Source of the DNA: Octopus vulgaris
Taxonomy: Eukaryota
Assembly (NCBI GenBank): GCA_951406725.2
Contig: OX597834.1
Location: 33,294,001 to 33,358,000, forward strand
Length of the DNA stretch: 64,000 nt
Reading direction: 5' to 3'
In this document: positions 63,351-64,000 of the stretch, piece by piece
Position numbering within the stretch: the stretch's first letter is position 1
How the letters are laid out: each line of letters starts with the position of its first letter
Translations under genes and position numbers: made by a program
Notes under the pieces: model-generated
Seen by the model: only the letters and a program-made list of their open reading frames with translations
What the model was told of the DNA's origin: nothing
Databases searched by the model: none

Positions 63351-63562
63351 ACAGACACTAAGGGCAATCCCAGATGCCATAAATAATTGTTACCAAATAT
63401 AAAAACAAAATGATACACAATTCATTATAAAAATGCTAATATAGTGCACAGAAGTCATTGTATAGTACGTATGTATGTATGTATGTATGTATGTATGTAT
63501 ACAAATACATGCACACTCACACACATGTATCATGTGTACTGATATATATACATATATATATA

Positions 63563-63795
63563 TCTTTACTGCCCACAAGGGGCTAAACATAGAGGGGACA
63601 AACATGGACAAACAAACGGATTAAGTCGATTATATTGACCCCAGTGCGTAACTGGTACTTAATTTATCGACCCCGAAAGGATGAAAGGCAAAGTCGACCT
63701 TGGCGGAATTTGAACTCAGAACGTAATGGCAGACGATATACAGCTCGGCTTCGCATTTCGCCCGGCGTGCTAACGTTTCTGCCAGCTTGCCGCCT
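63563..63795 (-). mobile_element. tRNA-derived SINE (family S2)
   Basis: Near full-length reverse-complement match to 27044-27275. Confidence 0.85.
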
Positions 63796-63808
63796 TCATA
63801 TGTGTGTT

Positions 63809-63844
<36 letters not shown>

Positions 63845-64000
63845 AATACACATACACACATACATACATGCATACACACACATACATACACAAGCATACA
63901 TACATACACACACATACATACATACACATACATACGTGCACACACACACACATACATATGTATACACATGCATACATACATACATATCATCATCATCATC

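Noticed and set aside
714-63999. Numerous 60-230 aa ORFs rich in HT, VC, YI, poly-V/T/G/P/S
   Set aside because: They are translations of di- and trinucleotide microsatellites or SINE sequence, with no domain content.

Overview
AT-rich, microsatellite-dense animal DNA. The SINE families and repeat texture point to a coleoid cephalopod, probably Octopus (inference). Nearly all entries in the ORF track are simple-repeat artefacts. The only host gene I can support is IMP3 (U3 snoRNP / SSU processome protein) on the minus strand: coding exon 1 at 51397-51533 and exon 2 at 43501-43608, joined in frame by GT-AG splice sites. I found no exon 3, so intron 2 is probably longer than 43 kb. The rest is transposon-derived: three tRNA-derived SINE families, RTE LINE 3' ends, mariner and DD37D/maT relics, piggyBac-, hAT- and Merlin-type MITEs, and a 7 x ~133 bp satellite built from a hAT-MITE end just upstream of IMP3. 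The most notable signal is a set of short non-coding elements, mostly in or beside (TA)n tracts and often in inverted pairs, carrying type I hammerhead ribozyme motifs with a short palindromic stem III (Penelope-like architecture). They include two canonical-core copies with long covarying stem II (55796-55881 minus, 58947-59034 plus), a G3:C8 core-swap variant inside a 261-bp foldback (47741-47791), an A6U-core family (two copies), and a tRNA-headed SINE-like element with a decayed hammerhead. All folds were derived by eye and none is tested.
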